This document shows positions 1-8,123 of a stretch of DNA of 24,978 nt, one piece after another. The notes under the pieces are model-generated. The model was not told where the DNA came from. It searched no databases and saw nothing but the letters and a program-made list of their open reading frames with translations. This stretch comes from a virus (Duplodnaviria; Caudoviricetes), in the IMG/VR virus record IMGVR_UViG_3300037420_002492, positions 1-24,978 of that record. One strand, written 5' to 3'. Within the stretch, counting starts at the first letter, position 1; each line of letters begins with the position of its first letter. Made by a program: the position numbers and the translations under genes.

Positions 1-1767
1 TTAAAGCAGTGAAAATAGGTAGGTGGACTCACGCCCTTCTCTACTAGAATCACTAGGTTTAGCTCTATTCTCTCTAGCAATAGCCTCCAGTAAGCTGACA
101 TTCATTCCACTGGCTGCATTAGGAACAAAGCTTCCACTAGTATTAGTCTTAAACTGACCCCCTATGCCTGGAATCTTACTAAGTAAGTCAGTAAACCAGT
201 TTTTAATGGAGTCGAAGGTGTTAGAAGCTGCTGAAGTGATGTCATTCCACTTCGAACCAAGGAAGTTAGTCAGTTCACTAAACTTAGAGCCTATGAAACC
301 AGTGAACTCTCCTAGCTTGCCTGAGATGTAGCTAACGACTGAATTCCACACATTCATTGACTCTCTAATGTAAATGTCTGAGAGATTTTTGAGTGTGCTT
401 CCAATCAGATAGGCAAGGCCAATGAGTGCCCCGTCCACTACAGTCAACAGAACTTCTACAACTTTAAGGTAGTCGATCGTCTTGATATAACTGACTAAGC
501 CCTCAATAATTCCTCTGATGACATTATTGATTGTGCCTCCTAAAGCTAACCAGTTGATAGATTTGAAAAGGGAGAGTGCCCCTTCTAAGATTTGGTTAGT
601 TAATTTAGCTGAATTTTCACCTAGTCCTTTGGAGAAAGGAATAAAGTTGATTTTGCTTAATTGACTTAGGTAATTAGAAAAGGAATCTTGGAAATAAGTG
701 ACTATCCCTTTTCTCAGTTTGAAGTAATCAATCTTCTCATCTTTGGATTTAGGAGGAAGAAAGGTTTGATTAATGTCTTTTACAAAGTCCCTTAGAGATT
801 TAATGGTGCTATTGAATTTGAGAATTCCATTTCTGAGAGCCAGCATAGGGTCAAAAGTGAGCCCTAATGATTCAAGTGTTTTGGATAATTCAGTTAATAG
901 CCCATCATCCCCAATTAATAGGGAGAGAGATTCGTTGATGGCAGTCAGTACGGTCTGATTCCCTTTAGTTTTGGAATCCAAATCCCGCATCAATCCGAAT
1001 AAACCATTCGTTGGGTCGAATAGGTTCGATTTGAGAGATTCAATCAGTCCACTCACCGATCCTGAAGCAGCTTTAATAACTTCTGGAGTAACAAGCTGTT
1101 CACTAACTGCTTTCAGGATTTCTTTCCTCTCTTTAAGAGTTAGCTGCTCTAGCTTCTTTCCAGTACCCTCTAGTCTTTTCTCGACTAGGGCTAGGAATCC
1201 AGTATTGTTTTCAGCAAATAGTAAATTCTTTAATTCGGAGAGAGAGGCACCTCCTAGGAACTTGCCAGCGAACTTAGAAACATCCTTGGCAGCAGTTTGG
1301 CTAGAGGCTCCCAGAACCTCCATCCCTTTGGTGATCGTGATTAGTTCTTCCTCAAACCCTTTGGAATCAAAAGCTCCTGAAGCATCCTTAAAGGCCGGAA
1401 TGAGATTGTCTTGGATTCCTAAAGCTAAGGTTTTGTAGTCTTGGGTAGCTCCTGGTAGAGCTGCTGCCACTTCACCTAGTCTGGAGTTGAGACGATCGAT
1501 AAACTCCTCTCCATCGGAAAAGCTTTTACCCGTCAAGGCTGCAAATGTTCCGGCTGCTGAAGCATTATTCAACTGGAGTTCTGCAGCTTCTCCAAGACTC
1601 TTGGTGAGACTGCTTACAGCAGAGGTAGCAGCTCCGATCGCTGAAGTAATACCACTAGCCATTAGGTTTGCAGCTAAAGCATTTCCTCTAATGGATTCTC
1701 CTAGCTTTTTGAAAACAGGTGAGAAGGAATCCTGAGCAACGATCTCTGTAAAGATCTTATTAGTCAT
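1..1767 (-). CDS. Tail tape measure protein (588 aa, possibly C-terminally truncated)
   Basis: Follows tube and chaperone. Ala/Ser/Leu-rich helical sequence with ~11-residue W/F periodicity near the C-terminus (VWNSVVSYISGKLGEFTGFIGSKFSELTNFLGSKWNDI). SD AAGGAGG upstream. Confidence 0.8.
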   Translation of the reverse strand: MTNKIFTEIVAQDSFSPVFKKLGESIRGNALAANLMASGITSAIGAATSAVSSLTKSLGEAAELQLNNASAAGTFAALTGKSFSDGEEFIDRLNSRLGEVAAALPGATQDYKTLALGIQDNLIPAFKDASGAFDSKGFEEELITITKGMEVLGASSQTAAKDVSKFAGKFLGGASLSELKNLLFAENNTGFLALVEKRLEGTGKKLEQLTLKERKEILKAVSEQLVTPEVIKAASGSVSGLIESLKSNLFDPTNGLFGLMRDLDSKTKGNQTVLTAINESLSLLIGDDGLLTELSKTLESLGLTFDPMLALRNGILKFNSTIKSLRDFVKDINQTFLPPKSKDEKIDYFKLRKGIVTYFQDSFSNYLSQLSKINFIPFSKGLGENSAKLTNQILEGALSLFKSINWLALGGTINNVIRGIIEGLVSYIKTIDYLKVVEVLLTVVDGALIGLAYLIGSTLKNLSDIYIRESMNVWNSVVSYISGKLGEFTGFIGSKFSELTNFLGSKWNDITSAASNTFDSIKNWFTDLLSKIPGIGGQFKTNTSGSFVPNAASGMNVSLLEAIARENRAKPSDSSREGRESTYLFSLL

Positions 1768-1799
1768 GAAAGCCCTCCTTAGTGAGGGAGGGGTTGAAT

Positions 1800-2087
1800 C
1801 TAGTATTCATTGATTAATTCTTCGTATTCAATTTCCCCTAACTCAACTAGTGAAGGGTCAGTAGAGGTGGTTTGTTTATTCGTTTTCTTTTGTACAGAGA
1901 TGAATCTCTCCAGATGGAAAAGAGCTTCACTTATTTCAAGCTCTAATAACTGGAAGTAGGCCGGAGTGATAAAGCCTTCAGTCGAACAAAGAAATGATTC
2001 ACAAAGATCGGTAGCCGTGAAGACTCTATCCTGAACACTAAACAGGATTTTGTTTGTCTTGCAATTTACGAACAGCTCGAAAGCAAG
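1800..2087 (-). CDS. Start-less 95-codon frame; probable frameshift extension (lambda T-like part) of the tail assembly chaperone
   Basis: Open from 2087 to TAG at 1802-1800 in the +1 frame relative to 2038..2463. Contains no ATG/GTG/TTG and fills the gap before the tape measure gene. Confidence 0.65.
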   Translation of the reverse strand, partial: LAFELFVNCKTNKILFSVQDRVFTATDLCESFLCSTEGFITPAYFQLLELEISEALFHLERFISVQKKTNKQTTSTDPSLVELGEIEYEELINEY

Positions 2088-2463
2088 TTAGGGCAGAACC
2101 CACCCTCTCAATATCTTCAACCTCTAAAGTGTCTAGAAAATCCTCAAAGCTAGGAACAGTGCTCAATTTAGAGTTAAGGGGAATGTAACTCACCATGCAG
2201 GTATGAGCTAGCTTGATAGAACTGAATACATCCGATCGGTACTCTTCAGGAGCACTCTGATACCAGCTTTGGATCTGTAGAAACTGTTTGCCTTTAGGAG
2301 ACTTCAACTCAATTTGAGTGCCGTCATAAAGCTGAAAAGTAACTCTGTTTTCTAGCTCATCAAATTGAAGATTCACCGGATAACCTTCTGGGTTTGATTC
2401 CGGTTCAGTAGCTTCAGGGATCGGAGCCTGCTGCTGTTGGGGCTTATTTACTTTTAAGGGCAT
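2038..2463 (-). CDS. Tail assembly chaperone (lambda G-like, 141 aa)
   Basis: Small acidic protein between tube and tape measure, overlapped by a downstream start-less frame. Confidence 0.7.
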   Translation of the reverse strand: MPLKVNKPQQQQAPIPEATEPESNPEGYPVNLQFDELENRVTFQLYDGTQIELKSPKGKQFLQIQSWYQSAPEEYRSDVFSSIKLAHTCMVSYIPLNSKLSTVPSFEDFLDTLEVEDIERVGSALTCFRAVRKLQDKQNPV

Positions 2464-2509
2464 TTTATTTAACTGTTTACCTGATTGATATGGAGAGGAG
2501 GATTAAAAA

Positions 2510-2992
2510 TTAGAGATTAGAAGTGCTAGTGATGCTATTTGAATTTCCAGCAATGGAAACTTGATCAACACTAAAAACCATTTTGAGTTCGACGACCGAA
2601 TCACCGGAGCCAGTATCCATTGACTCAAAAACAGACCACTCAGAAACTCGACAGCCTGAGAGACTCCAAGCTGATTTACCTCGGAATTCCATCTGACCAC
2701 ATCGTTTCACCGGTCGGACGGTCATACTGAATGGCTCACCACATTCATGAGATTGCAGAAAGTCCAGAACTGGACCATCTCGATCGGGGTCATAAGCTTT
2801 GCTGAGGGTAACTTGCTCGATTTCTTGTGCTCCACTGGGAGCGCTCTTCTTGATATTGCTCAAGCCATCAGAGTACATGGCTCGATTGAATTTCTTTTTG
2901 ATGCCTGAGAATTTCGACCAATAACAGCTCAGCTCGTCCACCAGAAACAAGGCATCGGCATTGGTCATCGGAGTGGAGTTATCCAACTTCAT
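2510..2992 (-). CDS. Tail tube protein (160 aa)
   Basis: Directly downstream of the sheath. Size and beta-strand pattern (VTLSKAYD ... WSLSGCRVSEW ... VVELKMVFSVD) fit T4 gp19-like tubes. Confidence 0.75.
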   Translation of the reverse strand: MKLDNSTPMTNADALFLVDELSCYWSKFSGIKKKFNRAMYSDGLSNIKKSAPSGAQEIEQVTLSKAYDPDRDGPVLDFLQSHECGEPFSMTVRPVKRCGQMEFRGKSAWSLSGCRVSEWSVFESMDTGSGDSVVELKMVFSVDQVSIAGNSNSITSTSNL

Positions 2993-3023
2993 AAAAAAAA
3001 TTATCCTTAAATATAGGTATTTG

Positions 3024-3045
3024 AAGGAACCGATCGGGGTTCCTT
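3024..3045. other. Intergenic stem-loop AAGGAACC-N6-GGTTCCTT between sheath and tube
   Basis: Perfect 8-bp inverted repeat with no U-tract; possibly an mRNA stability or processing hairpin. Confidence 0.45.
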
Positions 3046-3058
3046 AGCTTGTATTTAA

Positions 3059-4516
3059 TTAGGCAGCTAAACCAGCTTGAGCCGATTCTTGTACCTGTCC
3101 GATCGGTACTTTAATGGTATTGATCAGAATTCTTTCTACACCTGGGCTGGTAGCTGCATAAACTTCCACCAGGACATTACCAAGCTGGAGATCGGCTGGA
3201 TCATTGTTAGTGAAGGAGCAAACAACTACGAAGGCATCCTGCTCAGTCTCTCCAAATAAGGCTTTATCCAGCCACAATCTTCGTAGAACTGCTCTAGCAG
3301 TACTCTCAATTCGAGTTAGAAGGACAGCCTGACCATCAATACTGGTAAACAAATCATTGTCAAAGGCAGATCGGAGAGTGCCATTGATGACATTCATGAT
3401 CACTCGGCTGACCGTTTGAATGTAAAGGGTGTCCGTCGATCGGGTTCTCATACCCCAAACCACAATTCCCTTATTCCTCAACGATCGGATCACATTAATG
3501 CCCGCAGGATTCAGAACTTCCTGATCCTGATTTACGTATTTGACATTGACGGCCTTCACTCCCTGGACTGGGTATTTGGCTCCTGCCATTGGTTGCTGGA
3601 AACCTTGTTCCTTAAATCTCTTGGTAGCTACTCCAGCTACTGCTGCTGAAGCTGGAACTACTCCACCTTCCAGATCGGAGAGGTAGGGAGCATAGTAAGC
3701 TGAATGACCTTTGGGGCTTGCATAAGTGGCTGCTTCAGCTTGTAGTTGAGCCACTGTTTGGATAGCTGGACCACAATCTGCAAGGTGCATCCAGTCATAG
3801 CCTTCAGCAGATACTAGATTCTGACATGCACTGTAAACAGCTAGACGATCGGAGGCTGAAGTTAGAAGCTGATAGGCTTCAGGTGCAATCAGAAACCCTT
3901 GAGCATAATCATCATCTACATCAAAGCTGTGCTCGATCGAATAGACATAATCTACTGACGAGGGAGTGGTAGCAGCAACAGTAGTAACAGTCATTGCTCC
4001 GGCTGAAGCTGTAACTGTAAGGACTGCTGCAGGATCGTCAGCTACAATAATCAACTCATCAGAAGCACTTCCTGCAATGGCTGTAACAGCACTGGAGACT
4101 AGGTTAGAAGTGTTAATGGCATCAATTAACCCTGACACAATAGAGTCTTTAGTAGGGCTTGAGGGAGCTGTATAGGTAACAGCACTTCCATTAATGGTTA
4201 GGGTATAAGCTCCTGCTGTAGCCGTGTCGATGACCACTTTCTTTCTAGCTGCAATATTACTTCTGACAAAGTAAAGGAGCCCACTCCAATCATTTCTGAA
4301 GTAGAGTTTGACTGATGCCTCAGAAGGAGAGTTGCTGAACTGATTCGTGAAATCTTCTAACGATCGGACTAGGGTTGGGGTGTTGTATGCTCCACTTGAA
4401 GCACTCCCGATCATGTAAACAGTTTGAAAGCTGGCTAAGTCGGTGGGAGATGACCCTGCCGAAGTCTCTACCACCTTGACTCCTGGTCGTTTGAAGTTTG
4501 AGAAAAGAATAGACAT
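3059..4516 (-). CDS. Contractile tail sheath protein (485 aa)
   Basis: N-terminal RPGVKVVE; PTLVRSLEDF; PASAAVAGV; LNPAGINVIR..GIVVWGMRT; LWLDKALFG..AFVVVCSFTNN..LQLGNVLVEV, all typical of phage sheath families. Confidence 0.93.
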   Translation of the reverse strand: MSILFSNFKRPGVKVVETSAGSSPTDLASFQTVYMIGSASSGAYNTPTLVRSLEDFTNQFSNSPSEASVKLYFRNDWSGLLYFVRSNIAARKKVVIDTATAGAYTLTINGSAVTYTAPSSPTKDSIVSGLIDAINTSNLVSSAVTAIAGSASDELIIVADDPAAVLTVTASAGAMTVTTVAATTPSSVDYVYSIEHSFDVDDDYAQGFLIAPEAYQLLTSASDRLAVYSACQNLVSAEGYDWMHLADCGPAIQTVAQLQAEAATYASPKGHSAYYAPYLSDLEGGVVPASAAVAGVATKRFKEQGFQQPMAGAKYPVQGVKAVNVKYVNQDQEVLNPAGINVIRSLRNKGIVVWGMRTRSTDTLYIQTVSRVIMNVINGTLRSAFDNDLFTSIDGQAVLLTRIESTARAVLRRLWLDKALFGETEQDAFVVVCSFTNNDPADLQLGNVLVEVYAATSPGVERILINTIKVPIGQVQESAQAGLAA

Positions 4517-4548
4517 TTTATTTAACTAATAAATAAATTAGGGATGGA

Positions 4549-5184
4549 TTAGTTTGGATTGGTGAGGTGAATCTCTCTATCCAACTCATAATCGGAGGGG
4601 CTATTAAGATTGAAGTTAATCTTGGCTTTGTTAATCTTGAGTGCTAAGTCACTCACAACAAGAGGAGGGGCATCTGGATTAGGAACTGGGGGTTCAAAAT
4701 CTGGATTCAGTTCTAGTGAGGTGACATTGAACTCAAAGCTAAAGCTGAAGTTGCAATAGGCTAGCCAATCTCCCTGATCGCCCTCCTCACGAGAAATGAC
4801 CAAAGGATTATTGTTGGCTTCAAACTGAACGCTAGAGATTGAGCATCCAGGATTTTCGAGTAGAGCCTTTCCTTGAATGTATTGAACAAGGGACTCTAGT
4901 TCACTGAGGGGCAATTCATCTAGCGTAAGCTCATCCGAATACCTAAAGACGATCGAGTAAGGGAAGGTACCCGATCCTTTTATTGAATTAGAACCTGTCC
5001 GAAAGTAAAGTAGATTTTCTACTGGATATTCAATACCGGTATTAGCAGGAAGGAGATTAAGTTCGGTTGAGTGAATTGAATAGAGTTCTCTAGGAGGATC
5101 GGCATCCCAACTATCGATTCTGATTTGAGTTTGAAGCCAAGCCTTTACTTGAATCCTCACCTCTTTAATGTTGGAGTCAGCCAT
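4549..5184 (-). CDS. Putative tail terminator / neck protein (211 aa)
   Basis: Position between neck genes and sheath; stop/start overlap at 5184. Function inferred from synteny only. Confidence 0.5.
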   Translation of the reverse strand: MADSNIKEVRIQVKAWLQTQIRIDSWDADPPRELYSIHSTELNLLPANTGIEYPVENLLYFRTGSNSIKGSGTFPYSIVFRYSDELTLDELPLSELESLVQYIQGKALLENPGCSISSVQFEANNNPLVISREEGDQGDWLAYCNFSFSFEFNVTSLELNPDFEPPVPNPDAPPLVVSDLALKINKAKINFNLNSPSDYELDREIHLTNPN

Positions 5185-5621
5185 TAGTCCGTCTCCTTGG
5201 CAAGAATTAAAGAGAATACGATCGGATCAGAGTCCATCAAGTGAATAAGCTTGCAAGGAATTCCACCCTCAATAGATTTGGTGACTTGATTTGAGTAAAC
5301 AACGGCACCAGTTGAATCTAGAGGGGGGTCGATAATGAAACTGACTCTTGCCTTGGTAGGACTGATAAACGTGGAAAGGGGATAGACCCTGGGAATCTCT
5401 ACTTGATAGTAAGAAGCTTTGATAGTGACATTCCCTACAGGCAATCCAACTAATCTAGGGCTTACATTCGTGATGTGGCTTGAGATCAGGGTGTCTTCAG
5501 GAAGTTTACCTTGAAGCTGATTTCTAGCCAGTAGGAACCTACGTTGAGGAAGCCCTAAAACACTTTCCACTTTGTTGAGATTCACTTCAAGCTGGGCCAG
5601 CTTCTCGAATAATTTGGTCAT
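5184..5621 (-). CDS. Putative head-closure / neck protein (145 aa)
   Basis: Tightly packed in the head-tail joining block; function from synteny only. Confidence 0.45.
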   Translation of the reverse strand: MTKLFEKLAQLEVNLNKVESVLGLPQRRFLLARNQLQGKLPEDTLISSHITNVSPRLVGLPVGNVTIKASYYQVEIPRVYPLSTFISPTKARVSFIIDPPLDSTGAVVYSNQVTKSIEGGIPCKLIHLMDSDPIVFSLILAKETD

Positions 5622-5623
5622 TT

Positions 5624-5947
5624 CTAACTAAGGGCTTTTGGAATATTTCGATCGAGCTGTAGGTTGAGAAAGTCTTGGATTTGAGCTTCCGATCGGAACA
5701 TCATTCCCACTCTCCTCTCTACATAGGGGGCGTATTTAACCTGATTGAAGATACTGATCGAGTCAGTACCTTGCTTAGCAGATTCCCACCCCCTTCTCAA
5801 ATTGCCAGTTCTGACAGGAGTTCGATCTTGAATCAGTCCCTTGCCATACTGGGCTGTTTGATTGAGAGAATCATCTACTGCTTTTTTGAAATGAGAATTA
5901 GGATTTTGATGAAGGGGGCCGGTAGCTTTGAAGGTGACTTGAAGCAT
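5624..5947 (-). CDS. HK97 gp10-family neck protein (107 aa)
   Basis: Signature TPVRTGNLRRGW followed by NQVKYAPYVE. Confidence 0.85.
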   Translation of the reverse strand: MLQVTFKATGPLHQNPNSHFKKAVDDSLNQTAQYGKGLIQDRTPVRTGNLRRGWESAKQGTDSISIFNQVKYAPYVERRVGMMFRSEAQIQDFLNLQLDRNIPKALS

Positions 5948-6319
5948 TTACCAGTAACTCACATGACCTGAGGGTTGAGGGCAATATTTACTTCTAGCAA
6001 TGGGAATACCAGTCATCTGTGAGATCTCTTGAATGGCTCTATTCCCTTCAGATTTCAGTTGTGAGACATGAGCAAAATAGTTTAGTTTGGCACTTCTACT
6101 ACCTTGCACATAGCTAAGCTCTCTGGCTTCTTTGATTTGGGTGTCGATCGTAGCAATCTCATCTAAAAGGTTTAGAGCCTGCTCATAGACAGCTAAAGTG
6201 TATTCTTGCTGTAGAAAAGCATTCATTCTATTGAGATTTACTTCTGCAAACTGTTGAGTGGAACCCCCATACCCCAACACCATTAGAATTTTGTCAATGT
6301 CAAGTTGATTAAATTGCAT
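5948..6319 (-). CDS. Putative head-tail adaptor (123 aa)
   Basis: First gene after the capsid; small and helical; synteny. Confidence 0.5.
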   Translation of the reverse strand: MQFNQLDIDKILMVLGYGGSTQQFAEVNLNRMNAFLQQEYTLAVYEQALNLLDEIATIDTQIKEARELSYVQGSRSAKLNYFAHVSQLKSEGNRAIQEISQMTGIPIARSKYCPQPSGHVSYW

Positions 6320-6320
6320 A

Positions 6321-6353
6321 AAAAGTAAATTGGCTAGAGGATGAGTCTAGCCA
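6321..6353 (-). terminator. Probable intrinsic terminator after the major capsid gene
   Basis: TGGCTAGA-N7-TCTAGCCA (6331-6353) followed on the minus strand by ATTTACTTTTT. Confidence 0.55.
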
Positions 6354-6369
6354 TTTATAAAATTAGAAA

Positions 6370-7356
6370 TTAAGCTGTAACTCCAGTAATGACACCTACA
6401 GATCGTCTTTCCATTAATGCAAGTTGGAACATTCCATAGAGAGCAAATTTAACTTCTTGAGGGTTATCACTGGGCATCTCTTTTGCATAAATCAGCAAAC
6501 CTGCTTCAGGTCTATCTTGAGATCCACCTTCATTAGTCTGACGGAAGCTATAGAGTCTCAAGTCATTCTCATTCACAAAGTAAATGACTCCATCTGGAAC
6601 TGAGACATCTTCTACAATGGGACGACCTTCAAAAGTCAGTCCTCTTACCCCCAAATCTGCAGGACTGGTGTAATTAGCAGAAATAACAGTAGCTCCATCA
6701 AATGCTCCTGCATAAATCAAAGCAGTTGCAGGATTCATCACTAAAGCCGTGAAAGTAGCTGGAACTCCAGTCGTAGTGCCTTGTCTATAATCTGCAGAGA
6801 AAGCTCTCAATTTAGCTTTAGTCAGAGAACCAAAAGTTGTAGAAACTAGAGTAGTCCAAGCTGCATCCACAGCAGGATCTAAACCAGCATAAGCAACAGT
6901 AGACTTTTTAGCTGTTACTGCACTATGTAGAGAACCTAGACCTAGCACTCCACCATAGTTACTGCCAGTTCCTAGAAAGATACCAGCACCTAAAGTTTGT
7001 AGAATTTCTCTCTTAGCCCCTTCTGAAGAGAGATTAATCAGATTACCCAAAGGAGCTTCACCTTGAGAAGCCATTTCAGCAATCTGAACTTCATTGATTG
7101 AAAAGCTAGAACGCACTCTGTAAGTGCCAATAGGTAATTGAGCAGGCTTAATGGTATCTGCACTAGTAGAAGTAACATCTGCTGTTACTAATTCAGTACT
7201 AGCAGTAGCACCTGCTACATTGACGTTGTACTTTACTGCTGTCTGTGCAGTGCTATATCTAGAAATTCGACCTAGCATAGGGCAATTCAATTGGTCTAGT
7301 TCAGCCAATTTAGGCTCAATAGAAAGATTGATTGTTCCCGAAGTATAAATAGCCAT
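6370..7356 (-). CDS. Major capsid protein (HK97 fold expected, 328 aa)
   Basis: After scaffold. GIFLGTGS...GVLGL, LVMNP and LTFEGRPIVEDVSVPDGVIYFVN patterns typical of phage capsid proteins; strong codon bias. Confidence 0.85.
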   Translation of the reverse strand: MAIYTSGTINLSIEPKLAELDQLNCPMLGRISRYSTAQTAVKYNVNVAGATASTELVTADVTSTSADTIKPAQLPIGTYRVRSSFSINEVQIAEMASQGEAPLGNLINLSSEGAKREILQTLGAGIFLGTGSNYGGVLGLGSLHSAVTAKKSTVAYAGLDPAVDAAWTTLVSTTFGSLTKAKLRAFSADYRQGTTTGVPATFTALVMNPATALIYAGAFDGATVISANYTSPADLGVRGLTFEGRPIVEDVSVPDGVIYFVNENDLRLYSFRQTNEGGSQDRPEAGLLIYAKEMPSDNPQEVKFALYGMFQLALMERRSVGVITGVTA

Positions 7357-7389
7357 AAATATTTAAAAATTAAATGGAATTAAAGAAAA

Positions 7390-7995
7390 TTATTTGTTGA
7401 TAATTGCACCAGCAATTGCTGATCCAATTGAATTGTTATTAGAAACAGATTTGGTTGTAGCAGGAGCAGATTTACTTTCTGTAGATCCAGATCCATTCAC
7501 GTTTGAAGGAGGAAGGAACAGCTTCCCGTCTTCACTGGAGAGATAGCTATTCAAAAGATCGTCAAGAAACTGAGCTTGACCGTCTTCTGACTTGTAAATC
7601 CACCGATTGTTTTCCTGTTCAAGGGAAGCCTCATACTCCACCGAAAAGAGCTTTTGTAGGACATGCTTGTTAGTAGCTTTGGAGCCTGCTATTGCCTCAG
7701 AAATGGCAGCTTTTCTTTGAGCCTCTAAGGCTTTTTGCTCCTTCTGTTGCAACTGATTGTTTAAATCAGCAATCTGTTGATGAAGAACTTTGAGGGTCAG
7801 CTTACTCTCTTCTTTCTCAGGATCTTCCGATCGTTGAGCTTCAGGTTGACTGACTCTTTCCAGCTTCTTAGTCACATCCTTAGTAAGTGAAGCAGCAAAC
7901 TTGCCGTTCTCCTTACGGACTTCAGGAAGGAGCATTTCTTCAATCAGGCTTGGAAATACTTCCTTGAAAATTTCGATAATCTGTTCTTTGTCCAT
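7390..7995 (-). CDS. Capsid scaffold protein (probable start ATG at 7995, 201 aa)
   Basis: Between portal and capsid; Glu/Lys/Gln-rich coiled coil with a C-terminal NGSGS low-complexity tail. Confidence 0.7.
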   Translation of the reverse strand: MDKEQIIEIFKEVFPSLIEEMLLPEVRKENGKFAASLTKDVTKKLERVSQPEAQRSEDPEKEESKLTLKVLHQQIADLNNQLQQKEQKALEAQRKAAISEAIAGSKATNKHVLQKLFSVEYEASLEQENNRWIYKSEDGQAQFLDDLLNSYLSSEDGKLFLPPSNVNGSGSTESKSAPATTKSVSNNNSIGSAIAGAIINK

Positions 7996-8087
7996 GATCG
8001 TTTTCTTATGAAAATAAGTGTTTGCCGTTAAGACCCCTGGCAATAAGGGGTATCTGGTACTGTTAGCCTCACAGTTGGCTAGACATT

Positions 8088-8112
8088 AAAAAAGCTCCGA
8101 TCGTAAGGAGCT
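8088..8112 (-). terminator. Intrinsic terminator after the portal gene
   Basis: Minus strand AGCTCC-TTACGATC-GGAGCT followed by a T-run. Confidence 0.55.
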
Positions 8113-8123
8113 AAAGAAAGTGA

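Noticed and set aside
1940-2070. Canonical -1 frameshift in the tail chaperone
   Set aside because: No X_XXY_YYZ heptamer near the end of the gene, and the -1 frame closes about 175 nt before the tape measure; the +1 frame fits better.
1-5184. Extracellular contractile injection system or tailocin interpretation
   Set aside because: The sheath and tube are in one operon with terminase, portal, scaffold and capsid genes, so this is a phage.
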